Positions 47,620 to 60,061 of a stretch of 64,000 nucleotides of DNA are shown here, one piece after another (position 1 is the first letter of the stretch; each line of letters opens with the position of its first letter). The stretch is taken from assembly GCA_964106645.2 (NCBI GenBank), contig OZ067041.1; one strand, 5' to 3'. Below the pieces are notes generated by a model that ran no database searches, was not told the origin of the DNA, and was given only the letters and a program-made list of their open reading frames with translations. This DNA is from Podarcis pityusensis (taxonomy: Eukaryota). The translations under genes were made by a program, and so were the position numbers.

Positions 47620-48547
47620 TTAGGCAATATTCGTATGTATGTATAAGAAGAGACATACATTTAATAAATAAATCTCCATCAATGGATAGTAAGCAAACAA
47701 TGAAAAAGAACCCCTCCGAAACAAAAATTGTATGATTGGTTTCTCAGATGATTACAAATGGACAAAATCTCCATACGATGGAGGCACAGATTTTTTTCCT
47801 AGCCAAAGTCACCAGCAACTTTGCAAAATGATGGCACTGCTGAGGTGAGAGCAAGCTTAAAGACATAAATGATGACAGTTTTGCCAGGCATCTAAAGTGG
47901 CAGCTTTGGCTTCACCTGAAGTTTGACATCATCTGAAAAAATGTTTAATTTAAAAAACCCAAGCAGCTACCATGTGCTGTTTTCCAAGAGGAATATGCAA
48001 ATAAGTAGTAATATATTAAACTTGGTCCATAAGCTACAGAATTTGCTTTATTTTTAACATAAAACTATTCTATTAGTTTTGAACCAAAGGAAGAGTCCCT
48101 CTTACTCATGAGCTTTAAAGTGTGCTAACATGCAGTTGCGTTTTCTTAAGCCATATCTGGCATTGCACAACTGTCATATATAGTATTGCAGCCTATCAAT
48201 TATCTGATAAATATATGCAAAAACCTGGGGTGTATCAAACACCAGTCAGGCCATAATATTTGGCTAGCATGCTGCATATAATCCAGGAGGAGAATATTTG
48301 ACAAACTTCTCTGTTTACTAGAAGTTCTCTGGAAGCACTGGACATTTCAGAGCAAGATTATATAAAGGAATGCACTGTTCAACCAGTATACACGAAGGGC
48401 TAAGCACTGGTTCACCAATGCAAGACATGACTTCATTTCCCATTTTTTGTAAACTGCTTTGAGGGTTTTTACAATCAAGCAGTTTATAACTTTTATAAAC
48501 TTTTATACATCCATCCCCGACAGATAACTCCTCACCTGAGAAGAATC

Positions 48548-49075
48548 TGTCTTAGGGTGATTTAGAGCCCACAGAAGCTCAGGAATGGCTCACAACAACA
48601 GTCAAGGAAGAACCAGGAGGGCCTTTGGGTGAGACTGGCAGGCATACCACCCCCCAGAAAGGAAGCTCAGCTTCTGAAGCAGAGACAGAACCACCCCTGA
48701 AATCCTGGGAATGATGGCACCTCAAGAGGCAGACCAAGACCCGCACAGTCAAGTAGAATGCTTGAGTGCAGAAGAGGACCCTCGTAAGCTGTGACTTAGG
48801 ACTCTTCCTTATGAGAAGGATTCTCTGTAGAAACTTCTAGGGGGCTGCAGATCTGCTGCTGGAACAACATCTTGCTACTAGCCCTGGGTCTTGTATCTGA
48901 TCTTGGCCTTGGCTTACCTGCACCTTGGAATGCCCCTCGACTTGCCTCTTGCCTGAGCCCTTGTTGGAACCTCTGATTGCCTGGAATTGGACTCTGGGCT
49001 GCCTGTTGCTGCTGTCTATGCCCACAACAGCCTTGGTTGTTTGGAAGATCCCCTGGGACACCACTGGGCAGGACA
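48548..49075. mobile_element. Possible old solo LTR
   Basis: GC-richer island bounded by tgtctt...aggaca (TG...CA, short inverted ends); no clean TSD. Confidence 0.35.
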
Positions 49076-49286
49076 CATTTCCTCATGACTCCCGGAAGAA
49101 GAGTAAGTCCAGCAACTCAGCTGAGTGGCACTTTCAACTCACACTGACAGTGAGTGAAAAGGAAGTTCTATATGTGCCGACCCATTGAATATTCAAATTG
49201 TCATCTGATGTTGCAACATCAAGAAATGAAGATGTATATGTGAAGCAGCTGTAAGTGCCTGTGCAAATAACTGGGAAATTGTTTAC

Positions 49287-49423
49287 CTTGTGTGTTTTGC
49301 TGGAACATCCTATTGAGATCTAAGGAGGATGCTCTGGAATGTGATTTCTGTGGCCTTGGTGGAGGTGTTGGTGGTTCTCCCCCCTTTTTCATCGCATCTT
49401 CTATAGATGTGCTTGAATAAGAT
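49287..49423 (-). CDS. REPS2: REPS2 exon, SYSSTSIEDAMKKGGEPPTPPPRPQKSHSRASSLDLNRMFQQNTQ
   Basis: 137 nt, ttacccaag| ... |gtaaac, phase 2->1; Pro-rich motif PPTPPPRP and HSRASSLD motif. Confidence 0.98.
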
Positions 49424-51055
49424 CTTGGGTAAAAAAGACAAGATTAAAAGGGGGAAGCTACTGGGGTTTTTATGCCTACTGCAAAGGTTGTAAAAAACAA
49501 ACACTGGAAGAATGTATTAATTAAATATGACATACCCCCTGACTTTATGTTTAGAGACGGTGCTTTACAGCCACATGGTGGAGCCAGCTTGAGTCCACTC
49601 CACAATAATATTTAATGTGAACTGTGTGTGTCATACAGACAGAATTCTGATTCATATTAAGCATTATTGTGGTGTTAGTGGAAAGGATGTAATTACCTAC
49701 CATGTGAAACTTCTCTACCATATGAGGATTGTAACACCTCCTTCAAACACACATAAGGCATAGTACTGTGCCAGGATGTTCTTTGGGTAGAACTAGGATA
49801 AGCACCTCATAGTTATCTGATGACTTGGCTCCTCGCCTTTAGCTATCATCAGCAGAAATCACACTTAAATGCACTTTATTTAAGGATAATATATGGTAAA
49901 CCTATATATGGATGAAAATGTGTACATAAAACATCGGAAACAGGTCATTCCAGGGATTACATACTGAAGGCTTTTGAATATGGTACAGGCAGGTGTACAC
50001 AACACATATAGTGTGTGCAATTCTTTATAGTAGGGAGTCTTACGTATAACTGACATTCTAAATACTGTGGCTTTTAGAGATGGGTAGTTTTTGAAAACTC
50101 CTTAGTTGTATATATTACATTGCGAGACCAAGGCATGGAATGCTGCAGAGCTAGACTTTTTTGTTTTTAACCTAAGGGCCACATTCCCTCATGAACAAAC
50201 TTCTGGGGCCTTAATCCTAGGCTGGGCCAGACACAAAAAGTGAGGAGCAACTGTTGTGACTCTTACCTTTGTACAACAGGCCCATGCAAGGGGGTGGGGG
50301 AGCAACTGGGTACCCTTGCCCTGGGCCTCGAAGGCCAAGGCAAAAAAATTAGGGACAGGCTGGGGGTTTTGTTTGAGTTTATTATTTATTAAATTTGTAT
50401 ACCGCCCTACGCACAGGTCTCAGGGCAGTTCACAAGATAAAATCACAATATATAAATACAAAATACATAATCAAAATAACCCCCAAAGCACATTTTAAAA
50501 GGGCAATAAAATTATAACTTTATTCCAACAAGACTCTTGTCCCAGGCCTCTGATAAGCTCTGCACAAGCCTGATAGGCTACACTGAAGCTCTGCAAGTAT
50601 CAAAGGTTTCTACACTACCTCTACCCACACGCAAGTATCCTCCATTCAGGCAAATAACAGAAATCACAGTTAAGAATGTAACAGCCTGTTGGATTAGGCC
50701 AAAGTTCTATCTACTCCAGCAAAAGGTCCTCACAGTGGCCAACCACTGCAAGCAGAACCTGAGCACAACAACGATCTCTCATCCACATGCACCTTGGGCA
50801 ACTTTCCTAGCAACTGAGTGGTTGCAAATGAGGCACAGGGAAGTCTTGGGGATGTGCAGAACTCTACACATAGGTCTTTGGATCTAAGCCAATAACTGTT
50901 TTCAGTGCTGACTAGAATATAGTTGATGTTTGTTACCGTTTCATTAAAAATGGAAACAAAACACTAAGATCATTCTGAATTTTCATGAGGGTTCTTAAAC
51001 ACTGCAGAGTTACACATGCTTAAACTTCTGTTTTAGGCATGCCTAAATCTGAGTT

Positions 51056-51171
51056 TTGGCCACATGACCTGGAAGTTGCACGCCGGCTCCCTCGGCCAAT
51101 AAAGCGAGATGAGAGCCGCAACCCCAGAGTCGGTCACAACTGCACCTAATCGTCAGGGGTCCCTTTACCTT
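51056..51171 (+). mobile_element. 5'-truncated Sauria SINE, different subfamily from the 43.6 kb copy
   Basis: ggccacatgacctggaag...gcaaccccagagtcgg...cctttaccttt tail; TSD taaatctgagtt at 51044-51055 and 51172-51183. Confidence 0.9.
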
Positions 51172-51699
51172 TAAATCTGAGTTAGATTTAGGCATCATTG
51201 TGAGCCTTTACCCAACCAATTATATTTACATCTACTTTGCTCAATTCAAACCATTTCACTTAAGCTAGATAAATTCCCCTACCTGTAGCTGTCTTTTTCA
51301 CTGCCAAGGGATTCAGATGGATTTCCTGAACGTTTTCTAACAGGAATTTCCATTATTTTGCTCTGCACGATTAAAAAATCCATCTCTTCAATTTTAGTTC
51401 ACTCTCCCATCATATGCGAATAGTTTATATATATTACGCGATTAAGCATACAAATGCACTAGCTATCACTTGTAGTTCTTACTTTTACCCTGCCAAGAAT
51501 TGCTAACTGGTTAATGATTCATAGCAAGCAAGCCTCCATTTTTTATAATGATGGTTTTTTTTCTTTGCAAGGGGGGAGGGGAAATCATCAAGTTATTTTC
51601 ACACCTGGATGCATAGACTGCGAACCTGTAGAAGGCAGCAGGCAAGAACAGGTGCACACAGAAAGAAATGAATTATTCTTTATTCTTGCCTTTGCTTAC

Positions 51700-51742
51700 C
51701 TGGATCTTGGTCTTGCTTTAAGTGTGTTAGATTCCTGAGCAA
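51700..51742 (-). CDS. REPS2: REPS2 exon, VAQESNTLKARPRSR
   Basis: 43 nt, ttgttacag| ... |gtaagc, phase 1->2; human equivalent DSNSLKARPRSR. Confidence 0.95.
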
Positions 51743-52217
51743 CTGTAACAAAGGATCACTTGTTAGGAATATTTTCAGGAAATCAGATCGCCTAATTATC
51801 AGTGATGCTTCAAGATGAATCACTGTAAACATGTGCTGCCTATGAACAGCGCTACTGAGCACTTCAATATAAGGCATTTCACATTTAAAAAAAATCCTTG
51901 ACTGTATTCTGAGGTCTGAACAAACAGACTGCATTTGAACAATCACCTCTCAGTGTATTAAGATGAGATATGAACAAGCTTTGTGCTCCCGCATGTGAGC
52001 TAAGAAACAAGAAGGGAAGATTTTGGTTAATCCAAACTGGAAACCTCTGCTTATTGACTTCCAAACAAGCCAAGTTACTAAGCCATGGTAAAAAGTTGGC
52101 TTGCTAACCTGACTTGTTTGGAAGTCAGTAACCTTAGGTTCCCTGGTTCAGACATAATGAGAAACTATACTCTATTTATTTAGCAAAATGTATATACCAC
52201 TTACTGGACAGAAAACC

Positions 52218-52259
52218 TGTTTGTTTGTTTGTTTGTTTGTTTGTTTGTTTGTTTGTTTG
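52218..52259. repeat. (TTTG)n microsatellite next to an L2 tail fragment
   Basis: Read directly. Confidence 0.95.
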
Positions 52260-53458
52260 ACACCCATCTGACTGGGTTTTCCCAGCCACTCTGAATGGAC
52301 AGTTTGTTCCTGGCCCAATAAAACCATCATTTATTGAACTAAGATTTTTATGTCTGCACTGGGCCATTAGCAGTATGACACATGAACCTCTCATGTTACA
52401 GCAATAATATACAAATTGGCCTGTGCAGCTATATTCTATACATTATTACACTGCTGCACCTGTTACAAGTTTTCATTGTATAACCACATAAAATTGCAGC
52501 CATGGGAGGAGAACTCGAAGATGGTTCAATTGGCCATGACAAGCAATGATCTATTGATTGTTCGAAAAACAAAGAACATAGAAAACTTACAGAACAGGAA
52601 GATACCTAAGATATACTATTTCTTCCTGAGATACTAACTTTTTATATATAGAGTGGTTTGGTTTTAACATGCAGGACCATTCAGACATATACATCTGCTT
52701 TCAAGTGGTATATTTTTCTGTATGTTTATATGAACTATAAGAAGGCAGTATTATACTAAATGAAAGTGACAGTTAATAAAGTTCAGGAAGAGAAGTAGAT
52801 TTTACTAAGTGGCTCATCACTTTAGATCATGTGTAAGTTCAGGACTTTTTGCATAAGGAAGATGGGATAGTTATTAATTCATTAATGACAATCCTCTTAT
52901 GTTGGAGACAGAACTTCAGCAGCAGGTGCTCAGCGACCCAATTTTGCTAGGTGTGTTTTGGATTATTTCTTTTTTGAAACAGTTTTTAAAATGTAATAAG
53001 AGAGGTTTTATAGAGAGATCAAAATAAAGTATATCTTTTTCTAACAATGTGAGAAAAAACAAGTGCTATTAAATTCTAATGATTATGCATAAGATTGAAG
53101 TTTAAATGTAACAAGGAATAAGCTTCTTTTCATTTTTCTTCCTTCATTCACTAGACCAACAAATACACAAGTCTTACAAAAGCTTCTCTAATACTTCACA
53201 CAGTGAAGAGGAAAAATATTCCAAGGTAGAGCCAATTAGTTATAACAGGCAGACAGCTAGGTATGCACAAGATTCTGGTCAATACTTTATATATACTGGA
53301 AACCCTTGAAGCCATTTTCTTTATACTGCTGATAGCTAATAACCCAATAATAAATATATTTTATGCTGAAGCAAGCATAAATGCACCAATGTAAGTAAAC
53401 TTAGAGATTCCACATTAAAACAAACCTGCTTCTGTGTTATATAGGAATTTTTCCATAC

Positions 53459-53533
53459 CTGTTTTGACAGCCAAGTGCTGAGATGCTTTGACTTCCTTCT
53501 GTATTGTCTGGGAAGAAGCACTAACTTTCAGAC
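53459..53533 (-). CDS. REPS2: REPS2 exon, GLKVSASSQTIQKEVKASQHLAVKT
   Basis: 75 nt, ttttactaag| ... |gtatgg, phase 1->1; positional equivalent of human ALKSTINEALPKDVSEDP (divergent and longer). Confidence 0.82.
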
Positions 53534-54219
53534 CTTAGTAAAAACAAAAACCGGAATGTTACTTGTTATTAATTATTCCACATAGGAAAAAAGGTTATTC
53601 CAGTTACCACTTCTAACTCTTATTTGTCCCTATAAATGTCCTTGTCACACGTTAAGAAGAATTCAGCTCACACAGAGAGTTATCAGGGCTATCTAAGACC
53701 AACGCTGAAGTTACATAATATAGATAAGCTTCAAGATACATTTAACTTCAATAATGTTTGTTGTTTCCTGCATAGACTTCCCAACAGTAAACTACCCTTA
53801 TGAGTTTTTAGTTGAGATGTAAACCATTGGAAGCCCAGGATAAAGTATGCAGGAGCTTAGGAAAAACATTTAGTAGCTAAATGGATAAGAATAGTACATA
53901 TATCATGCATAACTTTACCAGAGCTTAGCCTTAGTTCTTATAACATTACTATAATGTTGTTCCACAGATGGTTGTGTGAGAAATCAATACTGTCTGAGGT
54001 AGTTATGCAGAAGCATCAATCTTGATTAAGAAATACAAGCACTGAGCTTTTTCAGTAGGTAAGAGGACGGGGGCGGGGGGGAGCCCTCATTGACAGGAGC
54101 CACATGCCTTGCCAAAGATGCCCAGTTTCGTTTCGTTTTCCTAACCAAGAGGAACTGTATAAATTATCCATTTCCAGCTGAAACCTAATTAATTAAAAGA
54201 CAGCAGTTTGCTATTGTAC

Positions 54220-54289
54220 CTTGTTTGTCATCATTAACTGTGTCCTGTGTCAGGGCAACTTTATCAGACATCTCTTCAAGTGAAGTCTC
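54220..54289 (-). CDS. REPS2: REPS2 exon, ETSLEEMSDKVALTQDTVNDDKQ
   Basis: 70 nt, cttttataag| ... |gtacaa, phase 0->1; resembles human KTSVKDMADLPVPNQDVTSDDKQ. Confidence 0.92.
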
Positions 54290-55221
54290 CTTATAAAAGA
54301 GAGGAAAAGTAAGCTTGTAATATAAAAAAGAAATAGAAAAGGGCAACCTGCAAATCATTTTAGAGGTTACAGGCTGACAGAAACCTGTAGGTCTAGAGAG
54401 ACCTCAGGAGAAGACCTTAGAAGAAGAGTACAATCAGGACAAATTTAATTTCCTATATTATATAATCTAGTTTTGAAGCTAAACTATGTGTCACAAAGCA
54501 AGCTGGTGGGTTGAATTTGAAAGGAAGTGAAACAGCAAAGGAATTGCTTCACAAATGTGATATAAACTGCAATTCTACATACAGTTATTCAGTAGTAAGT
54601 TCCATTGTGTTCAGTGACTTATTTACAAGAAACTGTGTTCCATATTGCAGTCAAAGTCTTATTTTCTTCTTTTACTACATCTAACACAGTACATTGCAGC
54701 AAGAGTTCTGTCCACAGTGAAAACCTGAAACTTATGCTTGTAACCCAACAATCACATGATGACTGCCTTGTAATCACAATCAGCCTGTTGGTTCATCTCA
54801 TATTTCAATCGTTTTTCAGGGTGATGTGAACAGGTCCTATTGTATGAGAATTGTCCAAATGCAATTTGTTAACAGGTTATAGTTCCAGCATTGTATTTGC
54901 CAGGAAATTATCTAATGAAGTAAGCTCTCTTTCTCCTACTATTCCACAGTCATCTTTTTAAAATGCACATGCAGTAATACTTTTCCAGCAAGGATACAAA
55001 AGGGTATATAAGTAAAATCAAAACTGAGGGAGGTTACTGTTTTTTTCTGTTTGTTCGTTTGTTTTTGGTGTGCTATATCTTTTGTGTTTTCATTTTGTAC
55101 TTTTATGCTGTAAATTACTCTGTGGATCTTTGGATGAAAGGCTGTTTATAAATTTAATTAATAAATAAATGCAATTCTACACAGCGACTAATTCAATAAA
55201 TATAAAGAAATGGTCACCAAC

Positions 55222-55293
55222 TGGGTCAGTGGAAGTTGCCTCAAAGAGAATCAATGGTTCCGAGTTGCTTGGATCTTCGCGAACAGTTTCAAG
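55222..55293 (-). CDS. REPS2: Probable additional (cassette) REPS2 exon, LETVREDPSNSEPLILFEATSTDP
   Basis: 72 nt, aaccag| ... CCA|gttggt, phase 0->0 between two phase-0 junctions, open frame; resembles REPS1 [27 protein letters not shown] at the same position. Confidence 0.65.
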
Positions 55294-55796
55294 CTGGTTA
55301 TTTTTAAAATTGAGGGATAAAATAAATGAGAGAGAGAAGCATAGATCATCCTCTGTAGTGTGAAAAAGCACATCAGTATAAATTCTAAGACTAGAAGCTT
55401 TCACAAACAGTTATATAGCAGTGACAATTGAATAATTCTTGTTCAGTTTTGAAAGAAACTTTTAACAACAAATCTATTGCTGAAGCCAGGCAACCAAAGT
55501 TTCCCAGTCTCGTATTTATTGTAGCTTATAGTGAGAAATTGTTTCTAGAGTAAGAATAAAATTATGTATGGGCAGGCCATATATAGGTGGTATAAAGAAT
55601 TGAAACATGGCCTCATACTAGAATTGAAGCTCCACCCTCATACTGAAGCTCAACCAGGTTGGGCATTGCCTGTGCGAATATTGGGGGCTCATTGGCAGCT
55701 CCATACTACCGGCTGTCCAAAGTCTGGCGCTGACCTTGTCTTTCTGGGTTTCTCCTTGTTATCTGTACTATCACTCAACACATTCTACAGCTGATC

Positions 55797-55908
55797 CCAG
55801 ATGTGGGGAACCTTTGGCCCTCATCTCTGGTCATCAAATATGCTTGCTTTGGCTGATGGTAGTTGTAGTTCAGCAACATCCGGAGCACCAAAGGTTGCCC
55901 ACACTACA
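55797..55908. mobile_element. Degenerate hAT-type palindromic MITE (actacaactcccatc family)
   Basis: tggggaacctttgg...gctgatggtagttgtagttcagcaacatccggagcaccaaaggttgcccac; relatives at 42312-42410 and 8030-8090. Confidence 0.65.
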
Positions 55909-56180
55909 CGTTTCTCTATAACCACTTATAGTCCATTATGCATAGAAGGTCTAGCCAGGAGCACAGAGAGTAACCTGCTAAAGGTAAACTAAGCATGGAG
56001 TGTTGATTATCCAATGGTTAAATCAGTCTCATACAGGATACAAAGTCTCTCTCTCTCTCTCTCTCTCTCAACTGTTTGTTTTAAAAATTTAAAATTAAAA
56101 TTAAATTAAATTTAAAAGAAGTGACAAGCAAAACAGAGGTGTGTTTTTAAAAAACACACCAGCAGGTGAGTTTTTCTTAC

Positions 56181-56272
56181 TTCAGTCCTACTGAAGTCCC
56201 TTGTTTGTTGACTTGCTGCCAATGATTCTGAATAAGAATTCACGACACGATCACTTTTAGGCTGAAGAGGAG
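56181..56272 (-). CDS. REPS2: REPS2 exon, APLQPKSDRVVNSYSESLAASQQTRDFSRTE
   Basis: 92 nt, caatttag| ... |gtaaga, phase 1->0; resembles human DSYSESLPANQQPRDLNRME. Confidence 0.94.
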
Positions 56273-56496
56273 CTAAATTGAAGAAAAAGATAGAAAAACA
56301 AATAAGTCCTTGCATTAACCTTTATGTGAACTGTGAACATTTTCTGTGAGCTGCACCACTGTATTAACGTTCTTCCTTAATATATTGTGTACTATTATCT
56401 GACAAGTACTTTTTATTTTAAAATGCTCTTTTATTCTATTCCAGGGCTATGGACATGCCATTTTTATGGAGGAAAAACTATTGATTTTTATTTGGG

Positions 56497-56626
56497 GCCA
56501 CTGGGGGACCTGTGGCCCTCTGGATGTTTCTGAGCTCCAACTCCTAATACCCACTGGTCATGCTTGCTGGGGCTGATGGGAGTTGGAGTCCAACAACTTT
56601 TGGAGGGCCACAGATTTCTTCACCCC
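56497..56626. mobile_element. Degenerate hAT-type palindromic MITE, same family
   Basis: cctgtggccctctggatgtt...ggctgatgggagttggagtccaacaac...gagggccacag. Confidence 0.7.
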
Positions 56627-57463
56627 ACTATGTGCTGCTGGGGGGACAACTCCACTAAAGTTAGTTTCATATTCTAGGGTTCCTGGTTTGTTGTTATGTG
56701 CCAATAAAGGACTGTGTTCTTAGAACAAACTCTGGATGTTTAAACAGTGCCATTTCATAACTCACTGATTAGTTTTGAAATTGACTGGGAAATCTGGTTT
56801 CTATGTAATGCCAGAAATATTGGAACCTGAAAATAACTTTCTTCTCTCTCTCCCCCCCCCCCTCAGTTTTCCATTAGTATCTGCTGCTCTGGGCCGTAAC
56901 TGGAGTCCAAGGGTTACACACATGTGAAGGTGGTGGATAGTTTGTGTTAAGACTCTGAGTGAGAGGCAGGGAAGGGAAGACTTCCCAGGGTGAGAGCTGG
57001 GAGGGTCCACCACTTTCTGTGTGAGACAAGGGTTAAGAACTACCTTCAAGAGAGGACTCTGCGTTTTATCTTCTCTGTCTCTGGTTTTGTTTGTGTTTAG
57101 AATAGTTTCTTTTCTCTTATTACATTATGAAAAAGTTTTAATAAAATTTTATTTTTAAAAAGAAAGAAAGAAATTAATTCTGGTGAAGATATTCTCCTTG
57201 TAGTGTAAGAGGAGGAGTGAGATGAGTGCTATGTTCATACACATAGCACTAAACCATGGTTTAGTGCACAATCATCAATGCATATCATCAATGTGTTAGT
57301 CAAGCCAAGCACATCTTTTATGCTGGTGTTAATTCTGCTAAGCTGGTTCCTTCAGCTCTGCCATTTAGATGCAATTTAGAGCCCATCTTTTCCCAGAATT
57401 GTACCTCAAAATAGACATTGGTATTTTTTTTTTAAAAAAACCCCACAAATACTAAAGCTTCAC

Positions 57464-57606
57464 CTGCTTGAAAACAGTCAGGCAGCAGAGTCTCTGGCAA
57501 GGTATCCGGCAAAAGATAACCATTTTTCCGAGCAACAACAAGGTGAAAGGCGGCACAAAACTCTGGTAATGTCAGTGCTCCATCACAGTCTACATCACTT
57601 AGCTCC
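57464..57606 (-). CDS. REPS2: REPS2 exon, EH domain EF-hand, [47 protein letters not shown]
   Basis: 143 nt, ttcacag| ... |gtgaag, phase 2->1; EF-hand [13 protein letters not shown]. Confidence 0.98.
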
Positions 57607-57803
57607 CTGTGAATAAGATAGCTGAGTGCATTATTGAAATAAAAATCTTTGTTTGCATGCACAATATATATAATTGTGGGGAACGCTGCTTTTGAGTTAT
57701 AGATTTGTTTTATTTTGACATTTAAGATGTTTTTCTTTAAAATTTATTTCATTAAACCATTGTAATTTTTCTTTAATACATTCCTTTTCTGAATATTTTA
57801 ATG

Positions 57804-57839
<36 letters not shown>
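57804..57839. repeat. Compound (CT)n-(AT)n microsatellite; another (CT)n at ~56046-56069
   Basis: Read directly. Confidence 0.9.
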
Positions 57840-58405
57840 GGCCAATGCTCCTCCTTACAAGTTTAGAAATTTAATAGGATTCATATAAAACTGAAGTTGC
57901 AATGGGCCATATGCAATGTCAGCTAGATAGATTTCTTTAAAAAAACCAACAGGGTAAGGCCTCATTAGTAAAGTGTTGATGAATTATGCAGCAGTACTTT
58001 TTAGATAAGTTAGGTATTAATTAGGTTTCAACTGATAAGCACAGCTAGAACTGAAGCTTATGATGTTATCTTAACTATTCTGAATGTATGTTTATCTGAA
58101 TCCATTTCACAAAAATATCTGTTGAATTATTGTGCTAATTATGTTCTTTAAGATATTCTTCTAGTGTGCATTGCTGTTCAAATCTCTCTAGTCCTGCTGA
58201 GAAGGGACAGTATCTCTACAAAGATAACAAGCATAAAATAAAGATCAACATACACCCTGCTGTGCCTGGACCTCAAAGTGATTTTGATGGGAGCAATTAC
58301 TGTGATTTCTTTAGAGATAAATTGTAAGAAGTATGAAGAACTTTCAGCCACAGTAGTTTCTCTCACACACAATAAAATTAATCTGAATTACAAAACAGTA
58401 CTTAC

Positions 58406-58469
58406 CATATGTGCGAAAGCTCAGGGATTGGCAGCTTAGATTTTGTGAAGAAGTTCTTAGCCACAGAGC
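58406..58469 (-). CDS. REPS2: REPS2 exon, EH domain, GSVAKNFFTKSKLPIPELSHIW
   Basis: 64 nt, ttgacag| ... |gtaagt, phase 1->2. Confidence 0.98.
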
Positions 58470-59182
58470 CTGTCAACAGAAATGGCTTGTCAAACAGTGA
58501 AATAATAAGCGACTGAACAACACATTTTCCAAAGCATTTCAATATAAAGAAATTACTCAAGAGTACTGTTTACTATGCAATGCTATTTAACACTAGACAT
58601 GTTTGTTTGAAATATTTTGCTCCAATATCACTATTCTAATCAGAAGACATGAACATGTTGTTGGAGGAACTGGACATGGAGGAAGGGGTTAATTTCTTTT
58701 ATAGGCACAGATCACTCCATGTATGAGGTAAAGACAACAGGAGAAATCTCATCTGCATGTGTGACTGGGGCTGCTTTTTTAGGTTTGTAAAATCCTGTTA
58801 AGTTTAAATTCTGGCCAAGGGTGAGAGGCATAATACAGTTTCAAATCTTCTGGAATATTCCAGAAATGCAACAACATGCCTAAAGAAAATCTCTTGGAAT
58901 GGGACTAATCTTTAAAATTAATAGCACAGCACAAAAGCTCAGCTTCTTATTCAGCTGATTTTTTTTGCTCTAAATTGAACTAAATTGCTCAGAATTGGGA
59001 GTGCTCAAACCCCAATTTCCTACTTCCAGCATCACAACGAACTGATTTTTTAAAAAACAGGAAATATGCAATAAAATCAGGTGTGTGAAGTAGGGATGGA
59101 AAGGGAAACCCCTCAAGGGTGGGTTGTTGGAATGAAAATGCAATGTCTGAAACATATGCAAGGAGGGGAGGACAGGACGGAG

Positions 59183-59214
59183 ACATACACATACACATAC
59201 ACACACAAACACAA

Positions 59215-59263
<49 letters not shown>
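59183..59263. repeat. Compound (CA)n-(GA)n microsatellite
   Basis: Read directly. Confidence 0.95.
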
Positions 59264-59266
<3 letters not shown>

Positions 59267-59922
59267 CTGTTACTGCTTGCTCATCCCTCAAGCTGCAACT
59301 TGTTTTTCTTGCCAGAAAAAAAGAAGACAAGACATAATTGTCTACTTCAGAGACAGCTTCGGAAATGGCCTAGAGATGCATGGTCACTATATTACTGTTT
59401 TCATGCAAGGAGATAAACTCCCTGAAGAAATTACAAGTTTAATGTGATGTGTAAAGTCCCAACCGAGTATTTTTTTAAATCACAACTACATTTATAAGAC
59501 ATAATTAAAATGCAAGTTAGTCTAATAAGGCTACAATAATGAATAATTTTAAACTCTTATTAAATAAAAACATACAAGGAGTAAAAAACCAAATGGCAAT
59601 TGTACCATAACATATCTCATGTGAAAACATTCTTCACCTATGATTGAATCTCTTCTACTGAACGCAGTGGAATTTTAAAGCATTTAACTTTGTCTGGAAC
59701 ATGCACAGTATATTGTTAAAATATTTTTAAAAAAACAAACAAACAAGAACACAGTAACTCACTTGTGACATTAAAAAACGGAAATAAGGGTCTGTGCGCA
59801 TTACCATACATACAACACACCCAAAACACTTATAAAAAAATCCAAGAGGCTTGCACTTAGCCTGTGTCAGTTCCTTGCCCTTTTACTCTAGCCTTCCTTG
59901 CTGTGCATACAATGAACATTAC

Positions 59923-60061
59923 CTGAAATGAAAGAGGTCAGGTCAGGTTGTAGGGACTTGAACTGATTGGTGTAATATTCTCGTTGCTCCTCAGTTATTC
60001 TCCAGGGGTCATCTGAGTAATTACTACTGCCGTCCTGTGGTTCTCTCTCTACTGAAAGAGA
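59923..60061 (-). CDS. REPS2: REPS2 exon, start of EH domain, [46 protein letters not shown]
   Basis: 139 nt, cctgaag| ... |gtaatg, phase 0->1; EH motif [15 protein letters not shown]. Confidence 0.98.

Noticed and set aside
51283-51362. Possible extra REPS2 exon (SKIMEIPVRKRSGNPSESLGSEKDSY)
   Set aside because: The CAG acceptor gives 80 nt with an immediate stop in the required phase 2. Staying in frame needs an atypical GAG acceptor 2 nt downstream, and there is no similarity to REPS1 or REPS2.
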